Below, piece by piece: positions 1 to 10,599 of a stretch of 64,000 nt of DNA. Both the position numbers and the translations under genes were made by a program. The notes under the pieces were generated by a model. That model was not told the DNA's origin and did no database searches. It saw only the letters and a list, made by a program, of their open reading frames with translations. The stretch is taken from positions 1 to 64,000 of the IMG/VR virus record IMGVR_UViG_3300037572_000374; one strand, written 5' to 3'. This DNA is from a virus. The first letter of the stretch is position 1. Each line of letters starts with the position of its first letter.

Positions 1-33
1 TAATTTTACTCTGTTAAGTATCAGAGGATTAGT

Positions 34-53
34 TAACCTTCATATAATAGAAG
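34..53 (+). promoter_or_regulatory. 20-bp phage-specific motif TAACCTTCATATAATAGAAG, putative late/middle promoter (copy 1 of 4)
   Basis: Identical 20-mer at 34, 20035, 21213 and 42839; three copies head long operons; contains TATAAT. Confidence 0.7.
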
Positions 54-114
54 ATAAAGTCGTTTTGATAAAACAAATGACCGTTTATCAAATAGTTTTT
101 TTATCTTAAAAATT

Positions 115-139
115 CTTAGAGCAATAGTGCTCGAACAAT
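115..139 (+). repeat. 25-bp imperfect direct repeat with a hairpin (GAGCA-N4-TGCTC), left flank of the OMP-GT2 module
   Basis: CTTAGAGCAATAGTGCTCGAACAAT, versus CTTAGAGCAATATTGCTCGCACAAT at 1898-1922. Confidence 0.8.
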
Positions 140-154
140 ATTGAAAATAAAATT

Positions 155-526
155 ATGTCATACAAAGACAAGTTAAAATTAATAATTGTTGTAGGAGTTA
201 TGCTGTTGAGTTTAACTAGCATCTCTGCACAAAGTAAGTTTAGTATGTATACTCAATCAAGTGTACTAAATTTTAATAGAGCAAGTTTTGCTCTGGATGT
301 TAAATACAAATTGAATCCCAAATATACTATATCAAGTTGGTCAGCAATGACTCTTGGCAATACTATACAGATGGGTGGAGATTATAAAACTACAAATGTT
401 TTGTTGAACTATTCTTCAAACAATAATAAAACAACTCTTAGTAGTGGAGTATCTCATTTGAATGTACCTCAATGGAATAGAGGAAGAACTGAATTTGTAA
501 TTAAGTACAGAGTAAAATTATTTTAA
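155..526 (+). CDS. Secreted, putative small outer-membrane beta-barrel protein
   Basis: N-terminal signal peptide (ISA-Q cleavage), alternating beta-strand pattern, C-terminal YRVKLF ending in Phe. Confidence 0.55.
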   Translation: MSYKDKLKLIIVVGVMLLSLTSISAQSKFSMYTQSSVLNFNRASFALDVKYKLNPKYTISSWSAMTLGNTIQMGGDYKTTNVLLNYSSNNNKTTLSSGVSHLNVPQWNRGRTEFVIKYRVKLF

Positions 527-527
527 T

Positions 528-1895
528 ATGGCATACACAAGAAGTCAATATAAATTTGCAACATCAGTTAATCTGAAACAAACTTGCAATAATTTATTCA
601 AAGGTAATCATATTTTGAATCTAGGATTACTTTTAGCAAGTGCCTTATATCTAATTGCTTTTGGATATGATGGATTAGTATTTGCTTTAAACATTGGATC
701 ATTTACATTCTTCTTATATAGATTTGTACTTTCGTTAGTAGGTCTAAGAGGAGATACAGAATCAGATCTTAAAGTAGAATATTCAAAAGATCTTCCAAAG
801 TATTGTGTATTACTTCCAATGAGGAATGAACCTATTCCAGTAGTACAAGCATTAGTAAAAAATATGCAGAAGCTAAATTATCCAACTGACAAATTAGATA
901 TAGTCATGTTGGTTGATATAGACGATGATTACTTGGATAGCATTAAACAATTAGATATACCTAGTCACTTTAGAATACTATCTAGCGAAGCTACGTTTCC
1001 ATTTACTAAGCCAAAGGTTTGTAACTTGGGATTGATAACTACAGATGCTGAATTTGTTACAGTATACGATGCAGAGGATGCTCCTGATCCAGATCAGTTG
1101 TTGAAGGTGCTTTATAAATTTAAAGATGAGTCTGTGTCATGTGTTCAGTGTAGATTGAATTACAATAACAAAAGACCTAATTGGTTAGCTAAATTCTTTA
1201 ACCTAGAATATCTAACTTGGTTCTCTATGACAATAGTTGGACTCGATAAGGTACAAGGACAGAATGCAGTTATTCCTTTAGGAGGAACTAGTCAACACCT
1301 AAGAGTTAAAGAGCTCATTGAGATGGGAGGATGGGATGCAGTTAATGTAACTGAAGATTGTGACTTAGGAATAAGATTAGCAAGACAAGGAAAGAGAACT
1401 GTAATAAGTGACTCAGTAACTCAAGAGATTGCTGTAGAACAATTAAAACATTTTATTCCTCAGAGAACAAGATGGCAAATGGGATTCATGGTAACTTACA
1501 TCAATCAATGTAAGACTCCTATCAAGTTGATGAAGGAGTTAGGATTTATGGGTATGATCCATTTCTACTTTAGTATCTTTGGAAACTTTATTAATCCATT
1601 GATCACTCCTTTACTATTTATTATATTCATTAGAAGTTACTTCTTTGGATATAGTGGAGAGACATTTTTAGAAGTGCTTCCTTGGATAACATTAGTAGGT
1701 AACTTTATATTGATAGTAGCAAGTCACTTGATAGCTTCACTCAAATATCAGAATGGAAAGTTTTGGTACATGAGTATTCTACAGCCTTTCTATTATTTAA
1801 TTCAAGTAGTAACTGTTCACAGAGTAGTATATAAATTAATCACAGCTCCTTACAAATGGGAGAAGACAGCTCACGTAGCTGAAGAAGAAGAATAA
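528..1895 (+). CDS. Membrane-embedded processive GT2 glycosyltransferase (cellulose synthase-like superfamily)
   Basis: D,D,D,QxxRW signature (YDAED, TEDCD, QRTRW); TKPK and PLGGTS motifs; N- and C-terminal TM helices; WEKT end motif. Confidence 0.9.
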   Translation: MAYTRSQYKFATSVNLKQTCNNLFKGNHILNLGLLLASALYLIAFGYDGLVFALNIGSFTFFLYRFVLSLVGLRGDTESDLKVEYSKDLPKYCVLLPMRNEPIPVVQALVKNMQKLNYPTDKLDIVMLVDIDDDYLDSIKQLDIPSHFRILSSEATFPFTKPKVCNLGLITTDAEFVTVYDAEDAPDPDQLLKVLYKFKDESVSCVQCRLNYNNKRPNWLAKFFNLEYLTWFSMTIVGLDKVQGQNAVIPLGGTSQHLRVKELIEMGGWDAVNVTEDCDLGIRLARQGKRTVISDSVTQEIAVEQLKHFIPQRTRWQMGFMVTYINQCKTPIKLMKELGFMGMIHFYFSIFGNFINPLITPLLFIIFIRSYFFGYSGETFLEVLPWITLVGNFILIVASHLIASLKYQNGKFWYMSILQPFYYLIQVVTVHRVVYKLITAPYKWEKTAHVAEEEE

Positions 1896-1897
1896 AA

Positions 1898-1922
1898 CTT
1901 AGAGCAATATTGCTCGCACAAT
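1898..1922 (+). repeat. 25-bp imperfect direct repeat, right flank of the OMP-GT2 module
   Basis: Two mismatches to 115-139. Confidence 0.8.
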
Positions 1923-1939
1923 CCATTTAAAACTAAACA

Positions 1940-2182
1940 ATGGAAAATAGTAAACCAGTAAAAAAGACAGTAGTAAAAAGAAAACCAAGAAAAAGATTCA
2001 TTGCAGTGAATGTTTGGCAGAAGAAGTTTGGACCAGTATCAGAGAGAGCTGTGTATGATGTCTATGCTCAGAAGTTCAATGTAGAGCTTCACAACATGAA
2101 GAAGTATTCTTTTACACATTGTGTTACTGCACTAAGAAAATTAGAAACAGATCTATTAGATTCACAAGAGGAGTCTATTTAA
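1940..2182 (+). CDS. Hypothetical basic protein
   Basis: ORF with A-rich leader inside the operon. Confidence 0.7.
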   Translation: MENSKPVKKTVVKRKPRKRFIAVNVWQKKFGPVSERAVYDVYAQKFNVELHNMKKYSFTHCVTALRKLETDLLDSQEESI

Positions 2183-2203
2183 CATTAACTAAATAAAATA
2201 AAT

Positions 2204-3388
2204 ATGTCATTCAATATTCAAACTCATCGAGAGTTGACACAAATAGAGACAAGGCAAGATGTCGGATTAGGGATCATGCGTTGGGGAAAGGATAATACTT
2301 TCCCACAGACATTAATTAATGTCATCCAACAATCTCCATCAGCAAAGACAGCTATAAGTAGAACTGCAAAGTTTTATAAAGGAGCAGGCTTTGATGGAGA
2401 GAATGAAATAATTAATGCATATGGATTGACTTTGAAAAAGTTAGTAGGGATCCTTGCAGATGATTATGCAAACTTTGAAGCATTTGCACTTCAATTGAAT
2501 TATAATCTAAAAGGACAAGTTACTTCAATGAATCCAATTAGAATAGCTACATTAAGATTTAATGAGTTTGATGAATTGAACTATGCATCGAAGGTTGGGT
2601 ATCATCCTAACTTTGGAAGAAATAGTGAAGTAGTCAAAAGTATTGATTCAACTGTAGCAGCTGGAGATATCAAATGGTTTAATAGATTCAATCCTAAAGC
2701 TGTTGAAGCTCAGATTGAAAAAACCAAAGGAGGTATTTCAAATTACTTAGGACAAGTACTTTACTTTAGTGAAGCAGGACATTCATCTTATCCTATTCCA
2801 CCATTGCAATCAGGAATCAATTATGTACTTTCAGATGTAGAGAATTCTATATTAGTAAGAAAAGAAACATCAACTGGATTCATTAACACTTATATGTTAA
2901 AGACTACAATGGACTCAGAAGACTCAACTTTGATAGCTTTAGAAAGAGCAATCGAAGAAGCACAAGGTGCAAGAGGAACTGGGAAAGTAATTACATTCTC
3001 AGGATTAAGTCCTGAAGAAGTATCAACTACACTACTTGAAGAAATGGGTGGTGGTGGAGCTGGATCGAAAGCAATTATCGAATCAGCAAGAATGGCATTT
3101 GAATTAGACAGAGAAGTAATTACTGGAGCATATTTGATCCCACCAGCATTGGCAGGTATTGATCAAAAGACTGGTCTTAGTGGAGCTGATCTACAAGAAG
3201 CATATTATGTGTTCAATGCAATTACTCAAGGTGGTAGAGATGCTATCGAAAGTGAATTGAATAATGTACTAGCTAATTCTATATTCAAAACCCAAGATGT
3301 ATCAATCAAGAAATTATCTTTAGACGTTCAAGAAGAACGAATGGAGGGAGAAGATAATGAGGAGATGTTAACTAATAAATCAGAATAA
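2204..3388 (+). CDS. Portal protein
   Basis: WGKDNTFPQ start and YPIP / ITGAYLIPP motifs typical of Bacteroidota phage portals; next to terminase. Confidence 0.75.
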   Translation: MSFNIQTHRELTQIETRQDVGLGIMRWGKDNTFPQTLINVIQQSPSAKTAISRTAKFYKGAGFDGENEIINAYGLTLKKLVGILADDYANFEAFALQLNYNLKGQVTSMNPIRIATLRFNEFDELNYASKVGYHPNFGRNSEVVKSIDSTVAAGDIKWFNRFNPKAVEAQIEKTKGGISNYLGQVLYFSEAGHSSYPIPPLQSGINYVLSDVENSILVRKETSTGFINTYMLKTTMDSEDSTLIALERAIEEAQGARGTGKVITFSGLSPEEVSTTLLEEMGGGGAGSKAIIESARMAFELDREVITGAYLIPPALAGIDQKTGLSGADLQEAYYVFNAITQGGRDAIESELNNVLANSIFKTQDVSIKKLSLDVQEERMEGEDNEEMLTNKSE

Positions 3389-3390
3389 CT

Positions 3391-3897
3391 ATGTATGATG
3401 TAAGTTTAGAAAGTAGATTGATATCTTCTGACATTGCTGACATGATGCAAGATTATGTTTCGATTCAGTTAGATATAGACAACACAAAGATTAAAGCAGC
3501 AGCTCTAGTAGCTCAAGAAATAGATATAGCAAGAGTAATTACAAAAGCCAACTTGGATAGAGTAATTGATTTAGATATTTATGATGAGACTATTCCAGAT
3601 GCTGATTTAAGTCTTAGAGCATTGTTGGTGGCACCTTGGTGTTACTATACATATGCAAGATGTCTTACAATGTTCCAAGGAACATTCACAGACTCAGGTT
3701 ATGCTGTTGAAGCAGAAGCCACAGATAAAGATGCTGCTAAGGCTGTAGCACAAGAAATGAAAAGTATAGGTGACAGTTTTATGTTACTTGTTACTGAATT
3801 CCTCACAGCAGAGGATGAAAGTACTTTAGCCGATGATAGCAAACTAGCTCCAAGAATCCGAGTAATGGGAGGAAAGGAGAATAGGGCATCTAATTAG
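3391..3897 (+). CDS. Putative head-tail adaptor/connector
   Basis: Position after the portal, size, helical content. Confidence 0.45.
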   Translation: MYDVSLESRLISSDIADMMQDYVSIQLDIDNTKIKAAALVAQEIDIARVITKANLDRVIDLDIYDETIPDADLSLRALLVAPWCYYTYARCLTMFQGTFTDSGYAVEAEATDKDAAKAVAQEMKSIGDSFMLLVTEFLTAEDESTLADDSKLAPRIRVMGGKENRASN

Positions 3898-3906
3898 TAT
3901 TCTACT

Positions 3907-3973
3907 CAGTAGCATGGTTGGCACATTGACATCATCCGATGCATGTGTGGAGGTTCGATTCCTCCACTACTAA
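3907..3973 (+). ncRNA. tRNA-like element (acceptor stem plus T-arm, no D stem)
   Basis: GGAGG-TTCGATT-CCTCC T-arm; CAGTAGC/ACTACTA acceptor-like stem (5 of 7 pairs); central hairpin GCACAT..CATC-ATCC-GATG..ATGTGT. Confidence 0.45.
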
Positions 3974-4019
3974 CTAAATGCAAAGTAATAGTACTTTGCA
4001 TAATTTAATTTTAATTATT

Positions 4020-4193
4020 ATGAGAGAAACAGAAGCTCTTTTAAAACTAGTGGTATCAATATTGACAGCCATTATTCTTTTCCCACTTACATTAGTTGTA
4101 GGAGTGTTGAGAATAATCAAATCAATCTTATCCATAATAGAAAAAACAATCTTAGCATTCATAAAGAATGTAAGACAAGAACTAATAAAATAA
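4020..4193 (+). CDS. Small membrane protein
   Basis: Hydrophobic N-terminal half; ATG at 4020 has an A/T-rich leader. Confidence 0.55.
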   Translation: MRETEALLKLVVSILTAIILFPLTLVVGVLRIIKSILSIIEKTILAFIKNVRQELIK

Positions 4194-4198
4194 TAACA

Positions 4199-4612
4199 AT
4201 GGCAAGATCAATGAAAAATAGCAAACGAAAGGAAGCTAAGCTTTTGGAAACGAGAGCAGAATTTGTTAGAGCAGCTTTGGATGCAGGACACATATCGAGA
4301 AAGGATATATGTAAGGCAACTGGAATACAACTTCATGAGTTAGCTAATCTATTTACACTAGACAGAAAAGTGTATGGAGAGTATGTAGTGAGAAGAAAGA
4401 CTATTTCAGATATAGCATCTGATAATATTCTTGACATAATAAATGATCCAACTCACCCACAACACTTTCAGGCATCTAAGTACATTTTAACAACATACAA
4501 ATCAGATTTGGATGAAGTACTTGAGAGTCAAGATTCAGAGGCTATGAACGTATCTATAGGAGGAGCAAGTAAAGCATCCCCAATAGTAATTAAGTTCGGA
4601 GATAGCGAGTAG
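4199..4612 (+). CDS. terS: Terminase small subunit (putative)
   Basis: N-terminal HTH-like segment, C-terminal beta strand (PIVIKFG), directly upstream of TerL. Confidence 0.65.
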   Translation: MARSMKNSKRKEAKLLETRAEFVRAALDAGHISRKDICKATGIQLHELANLFTLDRKVYGEYVVRRKTISDIASDNILDIINDPTHPQHFQASKYILTTYKSDLDEVLESQDSEAMNVSIGGASKASPIVIKFGDSE

Positions 4613-4631
4613 TAATTATTAAAACACAAAG

Positions 4632-5900
4632 ATGGGAAGACCTAGAAAAGTAGAAGCGGCACCAATCGAATTAAATATCAATCCAACATTCAAACCATTA
4701 TTTATGGATGAAATGGATATGCCTAGATACTATCAATTATTTGGTGGAAGGGGATCTGGTAAATCGTTTGTAGCTGCTTTGGCTATGGTTCAATTAACCT
4801 ACAGTAAATATGAACACAAGATACTTTATCTAAGACAGACAATGGCATCTTCAGATGATTCGGTTGTAGCTGATATAAAAGCTGCAATAAGATTAATGAA
4901 TGCAGAAGCTGACTTCAGAGAAAGTAAAGGAACGATCACAAACATTACAACTGGAGCAACAATTTCTTTTAAGGGAATAAGATCAAGTGGATCAGCAACT
5001 GCAAAGTTGAAATCTTTATCTGGAATCACAACTCTAGTAGTTGAGGAAGCAGAGGAGGTAGAATCGTTTGAAGAATTCTCTAAGGTGGATGAATCAATTA
5101 GGATTGCAGGAAAGCCATTAAAGGTTATTCTTATTTACAATCCAACATCTGCATTACAATCTTGGATCCACAAAGAATGGTTCATAGATGGAAGACCGAT
5201 GGAAGGAAGGAGTGATACAATTTACATGCACTCAACTTATTTAGATAACGTTACCAATCTGAATCCATCTGTAGTAAAAAGATATCAAGATCTTCAGGAA
5301 AGTAATCCAACTTACTATCTTAATACAATTATGGCTGAGTGGACTTTAGAGACTGCTGGTAGAATGTATGCTGGATGGGGAATGTATCCTGAGCTAGAAC
5401 AAGAAGGAGATACTTGGTATGGATTAGATTTTGGTTATGGTGGTAAAGATAGAACCTCAATGATTAAGATTACTTGGATTGATGAAGTGTACTATGTTGA
5501 ACAAATGTTCAGTGAGTCCAAACTTTCAATTAGAAGAACTCTTACTAAGATGAGAGAATGTCAGATACCATTCAATGCAAAGATATATGCCGATAGTGCT
5601 ATGCCATTACTTATTGATGAGATAAGAAGAGGTGGTTACAGAACAGTAAGAAAAGCTACTAAAGGAAATGTTGAAGCAGGGATTAAGAAGATTCAGAATA
5701 AGGACATAGTATTAATAGGAGATCAGTCAACACATTTGTTTCATGCTTACATGACATTTGCTAGAGACAAGAATGGAAAACTTCCTCACGAGCCAGATGA
5801 ATTGGCTGCAATGAGATATGGAATTAATTCTAAGACTCCAACTAAGAATCCTGGAAAGAATAGACCAGTAAGAGCAAGAAGAAGAAAAGGCTTCTTATAA
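4632..5900 (+). CDS. terL: Terminase large subunit, PBSX-like
   Basis: Walker A GGRGSGKS, Walker B LVVEEA, YNP coupling motif, nuclease motifs GLDFGY and YADSA. Confidence 0.93.
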   Translation: MGRPRKVEAAPIELNINPTFKPLFMDEMDMPRYYQLFGGRGSGKSFVAALAMVQLTYSKYEHKILYLRQTMASSDDSVVADIKAAIRLMNAEADFRESKGTITNITTGATISFKGIRSSGSATAKLKSLSGITTLVVEEAEEVESFEEFSKVDESIRIAGKPLKVILIYNPTSALQSWIHKEWFIDGRPMEGRSDTIYMHSTYLDNVTNLNPSVVKRYQDLQESNPTYYLNTIMAEWTLETAGRMYAGWGMYPELEQEGDTWYGLDFGYGGKDRTSMIKITWIDEVYYVEQMFSESKLSIRRTLTKMRECQIPFNAKIYADSAMPLLIDEIRRGGYRTVRKATKGNVEAGIKKIQNKDIVLIGDQSTHLFHAYMTFARDKNGKLPHEPDELAAMRYGINSKTPTKNPGKNRPVRARRRKGFL

Positions 5901-5912
5901 ACATATCAAAAC

Positions 5913-5950
5913 AAAAAAGACTTAACCATTAAACGTTAGGTCTTTTTTTT
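5913..5950 (+). terminator. Intrinsic terminator
   Basis: GACTTAAC/GTTAGGTC hairpin followed by a T-run. Confidence 0.75.
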
Positions 5951-5980
5951 GTTTACATTAATTTTAAAAACAAATAAAGA

Positions 5981-6175
5981 ATGGGAAAGATTAGATTAAA
6001 CACAGTAAAGCACTATACTGGAACATTTGCTGAATTACCAGCAAAGCTCCCATATGGTGACACTTACTTCTCCACAGATGATCAAAGACCTGTTCTTACT
6101 GGTTACACAACAATGGATATGCAAAATATGGTATCTAACGATATTGAGAATGTAACAATTCCAGGATTAAGTTAA
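5981..6175 (+). CDS. Hypothetical protein
   Basis: ORF between two terminators with A-rich leader. Confidence 0.55.
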   Translation: MGKIRLNTVKHYTGTFAELPAKLPYGDTYFSTDDQRPVLTGYTTMDMQNMVSNDIENVTIPGLS

Positions 6176-6213
6176 TAAAGTAATACTGCAGTGATGCACT
6201 ATGAATGTAAATT

Positions 6214-6244
6214 AAGGGAATGGCTTCGGCTGTTCCCTTTTTTT
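6214..6244 (+). terminator. Intrinsic terminator
   Basis: AGGGAATGGC-TTCG-GCTGTTCCCT followed by a T-run. Confidence 0.85.
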
Positions 6245-6278
6245 ATTTGTAAAAAATTTCGTTTTTTTTTAATTAAAA

Positions 6279-6311
6279 GTTGCCTCGTATGTTTGAAAAA
6301 GAGTATCTTTA
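6279..6311 (+). promoter_or_regulatory. Host-RNAP (Bacteroidota sigma-A type) early promoter, GTTGC-N19/20-TATCTTT(A/G); representative of about 27 copies
   Basis: + copies at 6279, 6720, 9995, 10079, 10627, 10979, 11288, 11420, 11559, 11719, 12442, 12591, 13051, 41904, 43843, 46371, 49392, 53607, 62062 and a partial one at 63287; - copies at 10738, 11635, 12518, 14985, 17385, 19576, 19920, 20982, 21088; matches the TTG (-33) / TAnnTTTG (-7) consensus. Confidence 0.85.
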
Positions 6312-6354
6312 TCTTGTCAAACAAATAGAATATTAAAACTTAAAAATTAAAATT

Positions 6355-6708
6355 ATGTTATCAAACGAATTAAGAGTAGGTCAAGAGTTAAGAGAAGATT
6401 TAGAATCAAAAGGGATTAACATCTCAACAGAATTTGTAATCAAAGTATGGGAGAACCAAGCAGAGTTTATCTTAACTGATAAAGATGGTAAAAGAGTGTT
6501 TGGAGGGAATGTAGATGTAAATGGATTTGCAGATTGGAATACTGGAGTAAGAGAAATCAAGATTGGTAAAGGTTCAATGGGAGCTTTTGATATGACTTGT
6601 AAGGCATCAGTAGAGTCTACTTTATTAATGGCTGAGTTAATTAACAACTTTGAAGAGTTTTCTGAGTCAGTAGAGTTTGCAATGGATAGAATTGCTAATC
6701 AAAAATAA
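6355..6708 (+). CDS. Early hypothetical protein
   Basis: Directly after an early promoter; phage-like codon usage. Confidence 0.75.
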   Translation: MLSNELRVGQELREDLESKGINISTEFVIKVWENQAEFILTDKDGKRVFGGNVDVNGFADWNTGVREIKIGKGSMGAFDMTCKASVESTLLMAELINNFEEFSESVEFAMDRIANQK

Positions 6709-6766
6709 ATCAATTAAATGTTGCTCAGTCAGAAATGGCTGAGTATCTTTATCAAAAATAATAATC

Positions 6767-9331
6767 ATGGAGACAATAGCAATAGAATTTTTAACACAAG
6801 ATCAAGTAACATTAACTGAAGGATTGCTTCAGATGTTAGACACACAAGTAAGTAGTAACACTTTTATATTCGTAGTAGAGTTTGAAGAGTTAGAAATGCT
6901 TCTAGATGAATTAGACACAGAGATGAACTTAGATTTTGTAGTAACTAAATTAGACTAACGATATGAATAACTTAAAGAAAAAAGTATTAGAAGTAAAGGT
7001 AGGAGATACCTTTAAGTGTATAAAGGAAGGAGACTTCTTTACAGTAGGGAGCGACTATAAAGTTCAAACTTGTGACTATAAGATAGGAACAGAATCTACA
7101 GATGTAGAGTTTCGAGATGACGAATATGATCTTCATATGGTAACAGAATCATTTTTATTAACTAATTTTAAAAAACAATAAACTATGTCAAGAATAGCAC
7201 AGTACATTTTATTACTAAAACAACAACCACAAACATTAGAGGTGAAAAAAGAGATTCAGAACCTACAACAACAATTCGACATTAAGGAAGAGAAAAAATA
7301 TCCTGAAGGATCTTTACTTAATAATTTAACTCCTTCAGATTATCAATTAGACAATTAATATGGAAGCAAACGTAACATTCAATGGAGTACCTCTAGTAAT
7401 AATTTATGACTATCATGAAGGAGAAGAAGGTACATGGGACTATCCAGGTAGTGCAGCAGAGGTAGAACTTGAGGCAGTATTCCCAGAAGATAGTGAAACA
7501 GATATCTTAGACATCTTTACATGGAATCAACAAACTGAACTAGAAGATATAATTCTAGAACTTAAAAGAGACTACTAATGAAGAACAGAGAATTCAAGTG
7601 GATAGTAGGAGTGATCAAGAGTTGCAAGACTTTCCCACAAATACAGAATGCAGGTAACTTAGTAGACATATACTTTAAAAAGTATGATGATCAATTGGAT
7701 CGCTTTATGTTGAATAAGTGTATGGGAGATACAATGAACAAAGTAATAATGGATAAATATAATTAACATGAAAATATTAAATTTAGTAGAAGAGGCTGAG
7801 ATAGCAATCATCCAGCAAAAAGTAATTACAAAGGCAATGGTAGAGTTATCAGTTGAGATTCAAGCTCAGCATGAGATAGATTTAAAGCATGCTTTCAATA
7901 GAGGTAAGGCTAGTATGATGGGAGCATTTATGATGAATGCAGATCAATACTATGCTAAGTTCTATACAGATGAGATTTAGATTATGGATAAAAATAAAGA
8001 GAAGAAGGATCCAAAGATGGAGGTCCTTAGTTGGATGGGTACAGCTTGTATGCTAGGCAGTCCATACTTATTAAGTTATCCAATAGGATATGTGTTAGGA
8101 GCAATGGGAGTAGTATTAATAACTCCACCTTGCTATAAAAATAAACAATGGAATCTGGTATTGCTAAATGCAAGTAGCTTTATAGGATACACATTACAAT
8201 TCTTAGAATTAATTTAAAACAATAATAAAATGGAACTAGTAAGATATGAAGTAAGAGTAGGAATGTTCAAAGGAGTGCTGTTTGGCATGAGGGAATATGA
8301 ATTCATGAATAAAGATGTGAGAGAGAAGGACATTGTATTCTACTTTGGTATCTTTCAATTAGTAATAACTTTAATATATAATTAATATGACAGCAATACA
8401 ATTAATAGCTCTGTATACAATCTATGTAGATATGGTAAAGCAGAACAGAATGACAATAGAGGAAGCAATAAGTAATTTAGCAGCAGCTGGATTAACAACA
8501 ACTGATTATGATACATGGTATGATGAAGAAGGAAAGAGATTCAACTTCCCATTAGAGATACCATTCCCAAAACAAGATACTAATCAATTAAAACTAGAAC
8601 TATAATTGAGACTAACTAAAAAAATATAACATATATGGAGACGAATGATATACCTAAGGGTTGGTGGTTGAATGTTACCCTAATGGCTAGAAAGGAGAAC
8701 CCTAGTTGGATAGTTGGAGTACTAAGAGAAGGAAAGACTACTTGGATAACAGAGTATGTTAGAGGCGACTTAAATAACTCTAGAGAGGCATACAAAGTAG
8801 GAGTGGCTTTCATACAAAAGTGGAGAGCTAAGAGAGGATTAACTATAGACCCTAAATGGGAACGACAAATGGAAGAAGGTAAATTCTAATATAAAAAAAG
8901 AAAAAGAAATGTTGATAGAAACAAAGAAAGCATTACATAGAGTACTAGATGAAATGATAGGACGACTATCTTCAAAGCCAAGTGAGATAGGACTATGTAA
9001 GAGCTACATCTACTTAGACGAGGTGATGTACCTCACAAGAGAATACAAGGGAATGGAGTTAAACTATTTCGCTGAATGGTTTGCTCAAGGTAGGATTATA
9101 ATAAGATAGAAAGAAATTATGGTACACATAGAATTAGTAACTGGAAAAAAGATTACAGTAAAAGGAACACTGCATGATGTAGTTGGGACGTCTGGACCAA
9201 TCTTTAGATTAACCATGGTAACATTTGAAAGAGTATGGAACATGGATGGGAAACGTTATGTTGTAGAATCAGAAGAACAACAGATATTTTTACATGAAGA
9301 TAAAATAGTTTATATGTATGAATCACAATAA
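6767..9331 (+). other. Cluster of about 12 short early ORFs of unknown function (6767, 6963, 7360, 7578, 7768, 7984 membrane, 8230, 8387, 8635, 8909, 9119 and others)
   Basis: Tightly packed, co-oriented ORFs of 55-85 aa with A-rich leaders. Confidence 0.7.
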
Positions 9332-9924
9332 AAACTTCAGCTAGCTAAAAAAAAAATAAAGGAAGAGAATAACCACAACTGGAAGAACTACATAGAAGAC
9401 ATATAAGAAGGAGGGGGAAGAAAGAAGAGAGAGGTCTGTTGATTCATTGAGCCAACATAAACGGTCATTCACTTTTTTTAATGTACTTTGTAGACTAATA
9501 AACATCGTTTCTAAACAATTAACTATCAAAAGTGGTATAGTTTATCGTTTTTTACTTTATAGTTTATTATACGCCTTTAGAATAAGTCTCTGAGGAAGTG
9601 AGTGTTAAAGGAAATAGTTAAAATCTAGTGATTTTTATACAACACAACTTTTGTAAAAAGGGACGTTACAAAAAAGTAGTAAAACAGACCGGAATAAAGT
9701 GAGCGATTTTTTTCGATCTGAGGCAACAAAAATCCAATTTATTTTTAAAATAGTTATGAACCGAGCGAGAAACCTGGTGTTGATAACTTTTCTAGTCAAA
9801 AGTTGCTAGTTTAGAAAATAGTTGAACAGCAAAAATGGAGTAGGGGTCACTTTTTTGAACTTCCCACTATTGGTGCACAAAAGTGTTTTATTCTCTGGGG
9901 GAGGGGGGAGGTGTTTCAAAGCTA

Positions 9925-10071
9925 TACCGGAGTCAAACTCCTTATTTATAATCGTTATAAATAAGGAAATTATTCATAAAAAGATTGTTTTATTGTTGCT
10001 AGCTAGAAAAGAAGTCCGTATCTTTATAGTACCGTAGTCAAACTCCTTATTTGTAATGAGTATAAATAAGG
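9925..10071 (+). repeat. 42-bp imperfect direct repeat (9925-9966, 10030-10071), each copy containing a CCTTATTT-N11-AAATAAGG palindrome
   Basis: Read directly; related palindromes at 11676-11698 and 12559-12581. Confidence 0.8.
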
Positions 10072-10146
10072 CCCTGCTGTTGCACCATTGAAAACTATTT
10101 AGTATCTTTGTGCTGATGCTTTACATATATATATAAAACAAAACAC

Positions 10147-10599
10147 ATGAAAGAACAATTCAAAACCATACCAGGCTTCAGTCTGTATGAAGTAAGTGAC
10201 CAAGGAAGAGTGAAGAGCTTCCAACGATGTGGTAAGGAACCTTATAGGATCCTCAAACCTGGAACCAATAAAGGAGGTTACAAAGTAGTTATCATAAAGA
10301 ATGATGAAGGAAAGCTGAGAGGAATGAACATTCATGTACTAGTAGCTATCACCTTCCTCTCCCATGTACCTGAGAGGGGAGTAGTTGTTGTAGATCATAT
10401 TGATAATAATCCTTCTAATAATTTTTTGAATAACTTACAAATAATCTCATGTAGAGAGAATAGTAGTAAGGATCGAAAGAGCTTAGGGATCTATCATAAG
10501 AAGGATGTAGACAAGTATGTAGCTTCTTGGCAAGGTAAGTACATAGGTATCTACAATACAGAGGAGGAGGCTAGGAACGAACAGAGAAAATTTATTTAA
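10147..10599 (+). CDS. NUMOD4-HNH homing endonuclease
   Basis: IPGFSLYEVSDQGRVKS (NUMOD4), HVLVAITF, VDHIDNNPSNNFLNNL (HNH). Confidence 0.92.
   Translation: MKEQFKTIPGFSLYEVSDQGRVKSFQRCGKEPYRILKPGTNKGGYKVVIIKNDEGKLRGMNIHVLVAITFLSHVPERGVVVVDHIDNNPSNNFLNNLQIISCRENSSKDRKSLGIYHKKDVDKYVASWQGKYIGIYNTEEEARNEQRKFI

Noticed and set aside
9341-10037. ORFs 9341-9529 and 9822-10037
   Set aside because: Non-ATG starts, low-complexity sequence, and overlap with regulatory repeats; likely non-coding.
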